Translations under genes and position numbers: made by a program
NCBI GenBank assembly: GCA_045837725.1
Contig: JBEWZL010000127.1
Coordinates: forward strand, 124,001-188,000
DNA from: Vermamoeba vermiformis
Lineage: Eukaryota
DNA length: 64,000 bases
Reading direction: 5' to 3'
Shown here: piece by piece, positions 1 through 12,120 of the stretch
Layout of the letters: every line of letters begins with the position of its first letter
Position numbering within the stretch: the first letter of the stretch is position 1
The notes under the pieces: generated by a model
The model's database searches: none
Seen by the model: the letters and a program-made list of their open reading frames with translations, nothing else
What the model was told of the DNA's origin: nothing

Positions 1-1442
1 ACTACTGCTGGTACGTTAGTGCCACGCCATTCGTGTCAGAGTAAGTACAATTGCACAGCTAGATTAGTCATTATGCCTGGCCACTAATTATTGTTGCACA
101 GTCGGTTGTTCGATTCTGTGAAGATTTTTTTGGGCATTTGGCCTCCCGACTTCAAACTTCAAACAACTCTCGCTGATCTATACGAGCAGTAAGTATATAT
201 ATATACATTTACCATATTTCTCACGGTTCACTTTGTCGCTAGTTACGTGGAGATGGATTTGATCATGAAACATCTCGTTTGGCGCAACACCAAGGAGAGT
301 ATTCAAGACGAATATAACGTGCCTGATTATGAAGAGGAAGTCGTGTGGGTCGATTGTCATCCAATTGAAACCAAGTTCTATCAGCGTAACAGTACGACGA
401 CTGATCGATCGACAACATTAGTGTCTTTAACAAAGTTCTAACTAAGATTCATCAGGCATCAATTGGCGAGATGGCCCTCGTTATTTAAATATACCGTTGG
501 ATAGTTACAAAGACGATGAAATCTACCATTTGAAGGCAAGTCCGAGGTTTTCAGTTCAAAATATTTAATAATGTTTCGCAACGGCAGAGATACTACCCCC
601 ATAAAACGAAGGAATTGGAAGCATGGTACTCTGTGGTGCGTAATTAATTATAGGTTATCGCTTTGATTTTGACACCTGTCATTTTTTTTGCAGCCGTACG
701 TTCTGAGCTGCACGAACATAGCGTACAAAGAATTGAAAGTGCTAAACGAATATGGCAGTAAATATGCAAAGATATTAGCTTGGTTGGAAGAGCGAATCGA
801 AGAAGATGAATCCAACCGATTTTTGTTCTTTTCAACGGTACGAAAACTCCTCTCGACAATGACTCTAATTGAATTATTTTGACTAGGAAAACACATCGCT
901 TTGGCTATTAGGGCAAATGTTGACTGAAAATGGCATTTCTTACTCAAAATTTGACGGGTAATGTGGTGAAATTACGTAAAAATATGCTGACGCTTTCAAG
1001 CAATGTGACCCAAAAGGCTAAAGGCCTGAAGCAGTTCAAAGAAGATAACGTCAAAGTGATGCTGCTGAGTCTCGTCAAGTCAGCGTCAGGACTGAACTTG
1101 ATCGAAGCCAATTACATCGTGTTGATGGATCCCATGATAGGTTCGGTCGAAGAGTCACGTGCATATGAACTGCAAGCATTGGGCAGAGCTCATCGTCAAG
1201 GACAAGATCAGACCGTACGTTTAGTTAGATTTGTGCTGAAAAACACATTCGAAGAAGAGCTTTACAACCGCAACAAATCCAACGGCAGAGGTAAAATAAT
1301 ATCACATAGCAAACGTGTTATTAAGATGTTCGATCAAGATTCAGAGGATCAAAAGGCTACATTACAACGCAGTGGCAGTTCCCTTCAGTTGTGGGCTAGA
1401 TCGTCGAGTGCTGCGTCGTTGCGTCAAATGATGGAAAAATAA
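1..1442 (+). CDS. SNF2-family (Rad5/Rad16-like) helicase/ATPase, 3' part; 5' end lies outside the window
   Basis: Helicase C-terminal motifs VMLLSLVKSASGLNLIEANYIVLMDP and QALGRAHRQGQDQTVRLVRFVLKNTFEE; upstream exons carry LVWRNTK...VPDYEEEVVWVD and YGSKYAKILAWL; GT-AG introns between them. Confidence 0.85.
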
Positions 1443-1665
1443 TCGGATCTGTTGGTCAAGAAAAACTTACGCTAGCTTTTATTATTATTAAACGATAAAA
1501 TTTCTCATATTATACTACTTTTATATTCGAATTCAGGGGTGGCGCCAACTTCGTGAGCGGTTTTTTGCAGCTTCCGTTGCAACTTTTCTTTTTGTTTCTG
1601 GCCTTGCTCAGTTAGCAGGCTGTGCTTGTTTAAAATATTAGAAGCACAAATAATATTTATTTTGA

Positions 1666-3908
1666 ATGGCGAGCGTATTAATTGAGAAGCTTGCTCACAA
1701 GCCACAACTCCAACCAAATCCACTATGCGACAGGAAAATATCAAATGACAATAATATTAAGAATAACAATGACGGCCAAAATAATTGCGAATTATTGGAA
1801 GTGATTGCGGATTTGTTGGTTCAAAGGAAAATTACTGAAAATCGTATCTCACTCCAAATTAAAGAAAAAAAAGGCAATAGTACGCATTAAATCTCATAAC
1901 TAGACGCAATTTAATTAATGAAATTATATTTTAGGGTTGGTGATTGGAGATCTGGCGCGTAATTTGCATTATGAAGTTTGGTGGCACGATAATAGGCGAG
2001 AAGGAATAAGAGAGATGGTAATATGCGAACTAAATTATTGATTGCGCTTGGGCAATGAGCGCTAAGCTCATTGAAAGATGATGCATCGTCTTCTGAGAGA
2101 ACATCCGATCCCGAATCTACTCATTGCCGACTTTGATTTCAAATTCAATGGCCGTAACTATCTACTACGACAAAAGGACTGCAATGAAGTCAGCTTAACA
2201 GCGTACCTCAACGCTGGAGAAAAGTAAGAGCACCATCGCACCTTGTACCGGATCCAAATTACTCAAATTTGTTATTGAACAGTAGGTCTATCGAGCTTAG
2301 TTTTGACGATGTTATGAGAGGCATTCAGACCCTGTACGAAATACAACGCAGGTCAAAAGAACCAGGAATTATCAGTGAAACCAAGCCTGTTCACATTTAC
2401 ACCCACTATTCTGCCGATCGAACGATTATAATGCCAAATAAGGAAAGAGGGTTCGATTTTAAGTATGAAATTACCAATGAAATTTCTGTGCTCGCTAAAT
2501 ATTCAGGGTACGTAAGCAGGATTTGAGCTTGAATCGACCAGTTAGTAATTTATTCTCAGCGATAACATTGCCGAAGTATTCTATCCCGCTGATTTCGAAT
2601 ATGATTGTCAATATTCAGTTTATCAATCAATGGCAGCAGGTAAACGGGTACAATTTTTTTCGGAGAATTTCATGAATTAATTAATTGTCGTTTTTAGCTG
2701 CTAAGCTCGCTGGTGCTGCTCCAGAGATCGTTGAACGCATTCACAAAAAAGGCTTGAACTGTGTCACTAAACCTCTGCCTATCGATGACATTCTCACTGG
2801 CAAGTCCAAATACGACAATTACCATTACGTGTACCAGAGCTTGCCGTATTCACCAATCGACATCAAACATCCAGAGAATGCAGAACAGTATTTGGAACAC
2901 TTGGCTGATTTAATGATGCAGCACAACGTACTGCAAACGAGGCCCGTATTCAGAATTATGGAACAAGACAGCTACAGTAAAACAAAAACGGATCCGCGTT
3001 AAAAATAATTACTAAGATCCTTGTTTTAATAGGACACAGAGTCGCCGATCAAAACGACAATTGGTTTGAAATTGCCTGGCAGTACGGACAAAAAGAAGAG
3101 ATTTTGAAAGACTTGGTAAGGTCTTATTGACTAGTAATAATCGGTTGCTCGATTATTTTAAACTAACGCGCATATTTCCAGGCAATACACCGAATTTTGC
3201 GTGAAGAAAAAGTGCCACATTTGATCACAGCCGAGTTTGGTTTTGAGTACGAAAATGTGTCTTGGCTTGTATTCCGATATTATCACCGTGGTCTTAGCTC
3301 TCTATAACGCCTATCCAGCTAAAATGTAAGCTAATTACCATTTTCTGAATTTTATTAGAACTAAAGATTACTTACTATTATAGGCACATGTTGCAGTTAA
3401 AAGATGTGTTGAAAGCAGTGCGGCAATTGTACCAACTGTTCAGTCGCTATATTGTGCCGATAGATCAAATTTGTGCTGCGCGGCCATTGTCCGTGAAGAC
3501 GCGAATGTTTAGCTCACAGGATTTGTGGCTCATTCCTGATGGCAAGGGCGGCTACGATTTCAAATTCATCGTCAACTACTCATACAGCGTGATGAAATTG
3601 ACCGAGTAAGTACATCATAACGGATATAGTGTTTATATATTAATCGTATTTAGCGATGGTGCGGGCATATTAATATATGAGAACGATTCGTTCAGTGAGG
3701 CACATTTTCCTGCTTTTTCAAGGCTAGGAACAGGTACGACTGTTAAATACAAATCAATGATTAGATCTATTTATAACATATTACAATAGTGGCAGAAGAT
3801 CTTGGTTACGAAGAACTGGGTCAGCTAATATCAGATCTAGATCCGTATCAAGCCGATTTTGAAGAAATTTACAATGTTATCAACCGATGTGGTTCAATTT
3901 CAACGTAG
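1666..3908 (+). CDS. Tandem protein-kinase-fold protein, both domains predicted catalytically dead (copy 1)
   Basis: Spliced translation gives two internally similar units. Unit 2 reads EEILKDLAIHRILREEKVPHLITAEFGFEYENVSWLVFRYYHRG...KAVRQLYQL...KTRMFSSQDLWLIPD...DFKFIVNY, matching kinase subdomains III-VII in spacing but lacking VAIK-Lys, HRD-Asp and DFG. Stop TAG 3906-3908. One extra base near 3297 relative to the paralog. Confidence 0.6.
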
Positions 3909-4638
3909 AATATCCTGCACAAACGCTTAACGTAATCAAAGGGGATAGAACCACGTCAAATGTGAGATTGTACCAACTACTGTACCGGAAAATTGTCTCA
4001 CCATTCGCCTGTGTTCATTAATACAAACAGATCCGTGGAGGCATAAAGTACTATCCATAGCTCGTGTAACATAACCAATGAAATTTATTCGCAGCACACC
4101 ATTAGCAAACATCCTGTATGAAATAAGATTAGCACATCTACTTCGACTTACCCTTCCAATAGAAGCACAACCCCGTGGCCATATATATGAGCGTTATTTA
4201 TCCCGCGTTCATCATCGCCAAGGCACATTTAGCAAGTTCATCGCAAGTCTCACTCCGACATTAGTATTGTTCAGACAAGACGGATCCGAAACAAAAGCTA
4301 AGTCACGTGCGGGAGCTGTAGCATAGTGCAATAACGAGTGCCATATATCATCATATGCACCGTTAAACGCTTACAGCCAGAGTGAGACTGCTATAATGAG
4401 ACGCGACATTGTACATCGCCATTCATTAATAACGTCATTGGTTTAAGTTATTTTAGTATGATGTGATGAGTAGTATATACATCGTGCTGAATAATAAAAT
4501 ATAATACAGCGCGTTCAAAATTTGGATTTTGAGATCCAAAACCAATGACGTTATGTTAAGTGCCTTGGTGGCCACTCAGCGTGTCTAAAACAAACGCCAA
4601 GTGGCACCTCCTAATAAATAATACTATATATAAACTGC

Positions 4639-6174
4639 CTAGCATTCGACAAGACGGTTCTCGCCTACGAAAAGAAGTCAGAACAAAATTCTTATGTGGA
4701 TGTAGTTGCGTACCTAATCGAGTCAAAAAGACAGTCAAGGGCAGTTCAGGAGGTACGTAGGCTCCGCTCTTGTTCTTCTTAACAACGGTCAATCGTCCTG
4801 CAGCTGTATCGCAGCTAAGAAAAAAACTCGTTACAAATTTGACCGTCAAAATTTAAAGCTTGAATTTTTGACTGCCAAAAATTTAGTCAAGAATTCTGAC
4901 TGAGAAATAACAAGAACAGGTCAGTATTTAAGACGTACCTATAGCAAGTCAAGCAATAATATTGCGCAATTCCGTGCGCTAGCCTTCTAGCAAAGCTGTC
5001 CTTGAAATAAAAGCATTCGTAGTCTTCGCCGGTCAGATCCAAGTCAACGCCAGCAGGCACCTTGTTCATATTAGGCGAGTCTCCTATTTGCACGCCAAAC
5101 ACTTTGTCGTCGATATCTTCCAACATGGCGCTAGATCCGTATTTTCTGAGAAGTTTTCGAGTCTCAGAGTCTAATCGTTGGAAAGCCTGTTCTGGCGTCA
5201 ATTCGATTGGCTTGGACGGTCCAGCGTTAGTTTCAATTTGAAACACATCGCTGAGCTTGGGTCGTTGTTTGCCACAAAGTGCCGAGATCTTCTCTTCTTG
5301 TTCTTCTTCAGTAATGTTCAAAAACTCTTCAAATAAGGCCATTTTTTCTTTGTCCAAAAATAACTCCGAGAAAGGGGTATATTTGGGCTCGTATAAATCT
5401 TCTTCGTACAAATCCGCGAATGAAGGCATCGCATCTCCTTGAAAAGCTGCGTGATCGTGCGCCAACTCGCGGTTCATGCGCCATAGTACATATTCTAATG
5501 ATTATACTGTTAATAATCGACTTAAAACATCATAAACGACGGATCCACAAACAAGAAAAAATTGGAAACGAAGTAGGCCGACACTTGCCTTGCATTAATT
5601 GTTCATATCTTCGGCTACCAGGCTTTCCCATGCGCAATCTACGACCCATAGAGTCGCGTGGGCCATATTCTACGTGAATTTGTTAGCTTTGTTGGATGTG
5701 GTGATAGCGCGAAATAGCGCGAGAAAAGTATTTTATTTTTAAACTTGTAATTTATCGTTTTATCGAATATGGACGTTACGTTATTATAAATTCGTGATAA
5801 TTTGCTGCTATAAAATAAATCTTGTGGAGCTTGATAACGCATCTGGCATTTTTGGGAATAATTGCGTAAATTAAAATTCCAAATTGAAGATTTACTTATA
5901 TTAGTTATTTATACTATATTCATATTATTGCCCACTTACTCTTAGCTTTTTTCTTCAACGAGCGCTTGTTCGGAGTTCTGTTTCGTTGATTTGATGGTAA
6001 ATTTTGCTCGATCTTAGCAAGACTATTTTAAATAAATTAATGTTAATATTGATATTAACAATATAGATAAATAAATATTTATTTGTCATCGTGGAATTAT
6101 AATTGAAATCCGCTGGGTTGAAGGACGTACTCTGCGCTGTCAAGGTCAAATCCTTCAAAGAGTACTGACGACAT
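4639..6174 (-). CDS. R3H-domain protein (R3HDM4-like)
   Basis: Spliced: MSSVLFEGFDLDSAD...GKPGSRRYEQ (R3H-associated N-terminal motif)...AFQRLDSETRKLL...DSFARRLAHGIAQYYCL (RxxxH core). 5'UTR intron at about 6224-6325 and one GC-AG intron at 5495-5588. Confidence 0.8.
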
Positions 6175-6553
6175 GATTGTAGTCTTTGTTACACTAATTA
6201 AATGCGACTGATAGTCGTGGTCTTGTTGAATAAACAGGCACAAAAAATGAAAAACCGAAACAAATAACGGCACACAAGGTAGGAAAGTCTGAGAAAAGCA
6301 AAGGAAAGGCACTAATTTAACTCACAAACATCGCTCGATGAGACTGGTGGGAAAATATTGCGGCCCGATAGATCACCTTACTTTAAATCACACTTTGCGC
6401 GAAATAAAGCACATCTGGCGCGTTTTTTGAAAGTTTGCCACAAACCGTCTATCTTAATCTGGAACTTATATTGATAATGATATTTATTACACAGTATTAC
6501 AAAGAACATTTGCCTCGCGCAGGCACCTCAGCAGGAGGACATCCGAGATCCGT

Positions 6554-8358
6554 TTACCATTTCTTCGCAGCAGCTTTCGGCGGAGGTGGTGGAGGTCCCT
6601 TGCGGCTATAATCAGGTAACGCATTAAGTGCTGCTTTAACTTTAGGTGGAGGAGGTGTTGGTGCTCCTTTTTTGGGCGGTGGTGGCGTGGGGCCAGTCTT
6701 TTTGGCTGCGGGTACTTGAGGCGAGGACGGGCCTTTTTTGGGTGGCACGGCTTGGACTATAAATAGATCATATATTAATACTTGGTCATATAAATTGAGT
6801 TCTCAGACTTACCTGGAGCTTTTTTAGGTGCAGGAGCTACTCGGTTAAAATCAAAAGTTAATAAGGACTAGTAACATAGTTTAGTATTCAACGGTCTTAC
6901 CTTTGGGTGGTGGCAAAGTGGGCGGTGAGACGGCTTTTTTGGGTGGTAAAGGGGGTTGGGCAGCAACTTTTGGAGGTGGTACGGGCGGCGGGGTTGCACG
7001 GGGTGACAATGGAGGTGGTCCTGTATTCGACGCCTGTGGTGAGTGCGTGCGAGGACTGACGGGCACTTTTGGTGGTCCGTTCTCTCCTTTCGGTGTAGGT
7101 CGTACTGGCGGCAGTTTGCCAGCACTGTTGCTCTTTGGCACCGGTGGTGGAGGTGCTGTGTTGCGCGGTGATGTCGCGGGTCCTGTTAGTGACACTTGCG
7201 TTGAATGTGTGCGAGGACTTGTTGCGGGTTTAGGTACCGGTGGCGGTGGTGCTTTGCGCGGGCTGGGCCTGCGATTGAAATGTAAGTAAGTATACGGGAC
7301 CGTTAAAAATATGCTCGTGTCACGTTGACTTGCCAAAAAATTTCTTCGTCTCACATAATAATTCGTTACGAATCAATTTGTTAATCTTAAATAGACCTCG
7401 GCTCAGTGTTATGTTTAGCATCGAGATGTTAATCTTTGGCATAGCATCGATATTTCAGTCGTGCCAAGTAGCACACTCGCGTCGACACTTACGCAGTGTA
7501 TTCCTCTTGATATTCTTCTTGATACTCTTCCTGATACTCCTCTTGATATCCATTTGAATGATTGTAATTATTGCCGTTAGTATATGGTGTTACTTGTGGT
7601 TTTGGAGGCGGTGTAATGCCTGGTCTGGGTGATAGATATTTGGCGGTGGTGGAGGAGGTGCCCCATACGAACTTCCTGCTGCTATAAAATAATATTGGAA
7701 TATTAGTAACAAGCCATAGTGAGCTAAAACAGCGCATTTATCAAATTTTTGAAATTTCATGTAGTCGAAACGCTATCGTTTCAAAGCTATAATTTGTTAA
7801 ATTAATAGTTATTTGCCGCTTATGGATAGACTGATTATTAATTTATGCATTAATGTATTATAAAGCATAATTAATTTTCAAAACCGAATGACAGCAGTAG
7901 GTGAGTATCTTGACAAGAAAGACGATAATTTTAATATTCGTCATATTTTGAAAATATTTTGTTATTTTTTTCCCTGGACGTGCGAGCATTAAATTAAAGA
8001 AAATGGATTTAGCAAGATATTTTTGATTTCCAAATCCCAAATTAAAAACACGATCGTAATAAAGCTGCTTTATATAATTTCAAAATTGGAACGCGAAAAG
8101 CAAAATTTAAATTTAGTAAAGATTTTCAGATGTCGGCAGCGAGCCGTCCCATTTCTAATTACATACGATGCTCGATATTATTAAATTTGATGCATAATAT
8201 TAATATATTTAAATAAAATACTTACTAGGGACTACTGCAGGAAGCTGAATCTCAGTTCCCGTTGTTGCTCCGTTCGCATATTTTTTAGTGCCTCCTCTGA
8301 ACGCTGGAGGTGCTGGGAACGATGACGGATCTTTAAAGTGCCAGCTTGCTCGTTCCAT
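6554..8358 (-). CDS. Proline-rich WIP/verprolin-like protein with N-terminal WASP-binding-like motif
   Basis: Exon 1 MERASWHFKDPSSFPAPPAFRGGTKKYANG, then (YQEE)x4 and long PPPPVPK/PPLPPKK tracts ending PPPPPPKAAAKKW-stop. One apparent 1-bp indel near 7640. Confidence 0.6.
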
Positions 8359-8482
8359 TATAAAAAAGAAATAAATAATAACAGCTGTTCCGACGAGAAA
8401 AAAAGGCGACATCCAAAAATAGTAAAAAAAGATTTACTCAAACAAAACAGTTGTTTTCTATGTAGCATACAATGCGCTTTGT

Positions 8483-11400
8483 TTAAAACAACTTGGCCTT
8501 CTTCTTTGCCTCAAGTTGTTTCCATTGCGGCAGTTTGTAGAATTCATCACGCTTCATCTTGAACACGGATTCGAAGCTCTCGTCGGACAAATAGGCCTAT
8601 AGGGATTAAATAAATTAGCATATGACCTTATTATACCCGTGTACTATAATAGCATACCTCAAGTTTCTTGACGTCAGCACCTTCAGGCTTCGTCACAAGT
8701 TGTTCGTAAGTGAACGATCCAGGTGTCACATCCGTTGGTGGGCCACGAGGAGTGCTAACAGGCGTGGTCTGTTTTTGAGCAGCAGAGCTCTTGGCCTGAG
8801 CAGCCTCACGCTCTGTCTTCTCTCGCGCCAAGCGGTCTTGTTCCTCGCGTTGACGCTTTTCTGCGGCCTCACGCTCAGACTTTTCGCGAGCCAATCGTTC
8901 TTGTTCTTGTTTCTCAGCTTGCTCACGAGCCAATCTCTCTTGCTCTTCACGTGTCAGCCTGCTCACGCGCTAACCGCTCTTGCTCTTCTTTTTCTGCTTT
9001 TTCTCGTGCCAATCGTTCTTGTTCCTCACGGTCAGCTTGTTCACGGGCCAATCTTTCTTGTTCTTGCTTCTCAGCCTGCTCTCGCGCTAATCGTTCTTGC
9101 TCTTCACGTTCAGCTTGTTCACGGGCCAAACGCTCTTGTTCTTCACGCTCGGCTTGCTCGCGCGCTAATCTTTCTTGTTCCTCACGCTCGGCCTGTTCAC
9201 GAGCCAGTCTATCGCGCTCTTCTTGTTCGGCCTTCTCGCGCGCAAGACGTTCTTGTTCCTCACGCTCAGCCTGTTCACGAGCCAATCTCTCTTGCTCTTC
9301 GGCTTGTTCACGAGCCAATCGTTCTTGCTCTTGCTTCTCAGCCTGTTCTCGCGCCAACCTTTCCTGTTCCGCTTTTTCTTGTTGCTGAAGTCGAGAGAGC
9401 TCGTCAGCTTGTACGAGGTCATCTTCGCCAGACTTCTCTTCGGACACCTCATAAACATCGTAGGCCGATGTGCGCTCTTGCACTGTGTCTTTGTAAGTGT
9501 CGTAGCCAGAGGGCGCTTCTTCGATGCCTTTGAAGCGATCGTCTTGATAACGGCCAACCTTGTCATCAGCCTCATCTTCCATACCGACGTATCGGTTATC
9601 GGGAGGTGGAACAGACTGGCTTTCGTTGTTGGTGTTGGAGTTGTTGGTGTTCGGCTTAGCAGCGTCCAATCCTTTGGAGTATTCTACATACGAGTCATCT
9701 TCGTAGCCCTTAAGCTCACGAGTCTCACCGGGCTTGTGATCATCGGTCGAATTGTTCAGATTTGAATCCACACTCGCGTTCAGAGCTTCGACGTACATGC
9801 CTACAACAACTCGTGAGCAAACAATTTCTGTCATCTCCGTCACTTTGCGTCTGGTTACCTTTAGCAGGGCTCGAAGACATTGGCACTACTGCGCTGCTCA
9901 GCGTGCTGTAACCACGCAAAGGCATGTCAGTGGATCTGTTGTTCGGGTTATCTTCTTCGACGTCGTCAGTACGCTCATAAGCTTGATAACTGCCGCCATC
10001 TAACATTAAAATGTCAGCACCTGTACGCCTACAATTCATCAAGTTGACAACTTACCTTCGGGTTCTTCCTCGCTCAATTCATGTTCACTGGCAGAGTCCT
10101 CAGGATGGTTCTCCAAATACCCGTTCTAATCAATTGTTAGACATGACGATCTGAGCACGTTTAAAGATTTCCATGGCACGTACCAAGTTCGAGGCGTAAT
10201 CCTTGAGACCGAGCATGTTCTTCACGGCACTCGAATCAATTCTCAAAGGAACAAGAGCGAAGCCCTTCTCGAAGAACAACTCTTCCAAGAACGTGTCAAT
10301 GGGCACTGCGTCTTCTTTTTTGATGCTAGTGTCCTTCTTGATGATCGACAAGAACGGGTCCTTGGCCCACCAACTACACAATGGTTAGACATGCATATTA
10401 ACTAATATGTATAATGCGAGTTATATATATGGTAGCTATAATTACCTTGGATTGTTAGTAATGTGGGCAATGTAACCGTCAACGTTGTAACTGAAGGCCA
10501 TGTAGCTCGGGTTAGTTCTGCTGAATCGCATCATAATGTGCTTGGGATATTTCTTCAACAAGTCCTCGGATTGCAATCGATTAATAAGCCCGCCAAATCC
10601 TTTGCCGAGCACGTATTTTTTGAAATTAGCCATGAAACGAGGATAAGGACCGAACAACGCCGTCAATAAATGCCACCTAAAATTATATTGTTAAGCCTCA
10701 TATAGTAATATAATATTTTTAGTATTGTCGTACTTGTAAGTGGTGACAATATTGTCCTTCGGGAAGTTCAAGAAATAGCCCAAATAATAAACGAGATCTT
10801 TGTTCTTGCATTCTTTGCCATAATCTTGCTCGAAGACTTTAGCGTAGAAGCTCTGAATAAAATAAAATTAATTAAATAGATTATATTGATTTAAATAACG
10901 CACATCAAAGGTACAGCAGTACGCCTTCGGTCCGATTCTAGACTCCCAAATCTTTCTGGCCTATTAATTTAGTTAATATCGGTACATAAAATATATTCGA
11001 ATCCGTTAATGCATACTTCATGATCGGTGATGACAAGAGAAGGGTGGTCTTTGACATCCGCTTCCGAACCTTTTTTGGATTCCGTTAACGGAAACATTAT
11101 GGTGATTTGGACCAAATATCTATTATTAAAATATTAGCTTTATATTTAAATTATTTACAAGCCGCTGTAAGCGCTTAAAGTTTGAAATTCACAAGCGTTA
11201 CTTAAAATTGTAATTTACTATCGAAATTAAATCAAATAGCTTTATAGGGTTATTTACCTTCGTAATGTCTGATCGAAAATTTCGAAGTTTTCTGTCATTT
11301 GGCGCTTCTCTTCGTAGATGTCCATAGCCATCTCCAAAGTCTCTTGCAACTGATCGATCATAAGAACCATCAATAACACGTATTCCTTGCGCGCATAATT

Positions 11401-11853
11401 ATCAATAATTTGTCTTTCTTTTTGCGAGAACTTTTTGAACAAGCCCATGGTGTTAATAAGGTAATCCAAAGCCGTATCCTCTGCTTTGTACTCTGTATTC
11501 TTAAGACTAAGGTCATGCTTCGCTTTCTTCTTTTTCTTTTCAATTTCTTCTTCTTTTTTCTTTTGAATTGAGTCCTTTTCACGTTGCTTAAGCGGTTTCA
11601 AGTATTTTTCGATCTTGGTAACCAGCTGATCGAACTGACGAAATAGACGCTCTAAATATTCTGTCCATAATGCAGGTGCATTAGATTTCTTTCGTAAATC
11701 CTTGCTGACTTGCTCACAAACTGCCAAATCCCACACATCAAGCAACTTGCGGCTCAAAATCTTTAGAATTTAAACGGTTAGTCATGCAAAAATTCGGAAA
11801 TTAACGTACCTGATCGAACCAGTCGCTAGAGTTGTATTATTTTGTTCAGCCAT
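8483..11853 (-). CDS. Helical bundle + EF-hand-like + SH2 (Cbl-TKB-like) protein with charged helical repeats and C-terminal villin headpiece
   Basis: ITDHEARKIWESRIG...DNIVTTYKWHLLTALFGPYPRFMANF...GFGGLINRLQSEDLLKK...MMRFSRTNPSYMAFSY (EF-SH2). C-terminus LEAYLSDESFESVFKMKRDEFYKLPQWKQLEAKKKAKLF-stop is a canonical headpiece. Apparent 1-bp indels near 8952 and 11838. Confidence 0.8.
8800..9375 (-). repeat. Coding tandem repeat, about 39-bp unit (13 aa, AEREEQERLAREQ), about 14 copies
   Basis: Directly visible periodic DNA and protein repeat; E/R/K-rich, resembling a single alpha-helix or coiled coil. Confidence 0.9.
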
Positions 11854-12120
11854 TGTGGCGTCAATATCTGTGATGTGCAACAAATTCAGCGCATTTTTGT
11901 CCATCAGAAAAAACGTGGAATGTCTCAAAATAGATACGCACCACGTGATCACTGACACATTGGTACGTACGATAATTACACTAACACGTTACTATCCATA
12001 TAGTGGTGGCATGCTTGCAGCAATAGACCACATCTGTTAGAAATCGTTTTATTTGCTATTTACAAGCATCAAATTGTTAGGTTGCCAGTAATGTAGGTAA
12101 GATATGGAACGACTATCTCA

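Noticed and set aside
4455-4490. Possible C/D-box snoRNA (GTGATGA...CTGA)
   Set aside because: The boxes are only about 17 nt apart, with no terminal stem or recognisable rRNA guide.
6097-6174. Apparent 25-aa micropeptide MSSVLFEGFDLDSAEYVLQPSGFQL
   Set aside because: A GTACGT donor inside it splices in frame to downstream exons; it is exon 1 of the R3H gene.
8800-9375. CRISPR-like periodicity
   Set aside because: No unique spacers; this is a eukaryotic protein-coding repeat.
8622-9765. Long plus-strand and alternative-frame ORFs (303, 145, 196 aa)
   Set aside because: By-products of the stop-poor 39-bp coding repeat on the minus strand.
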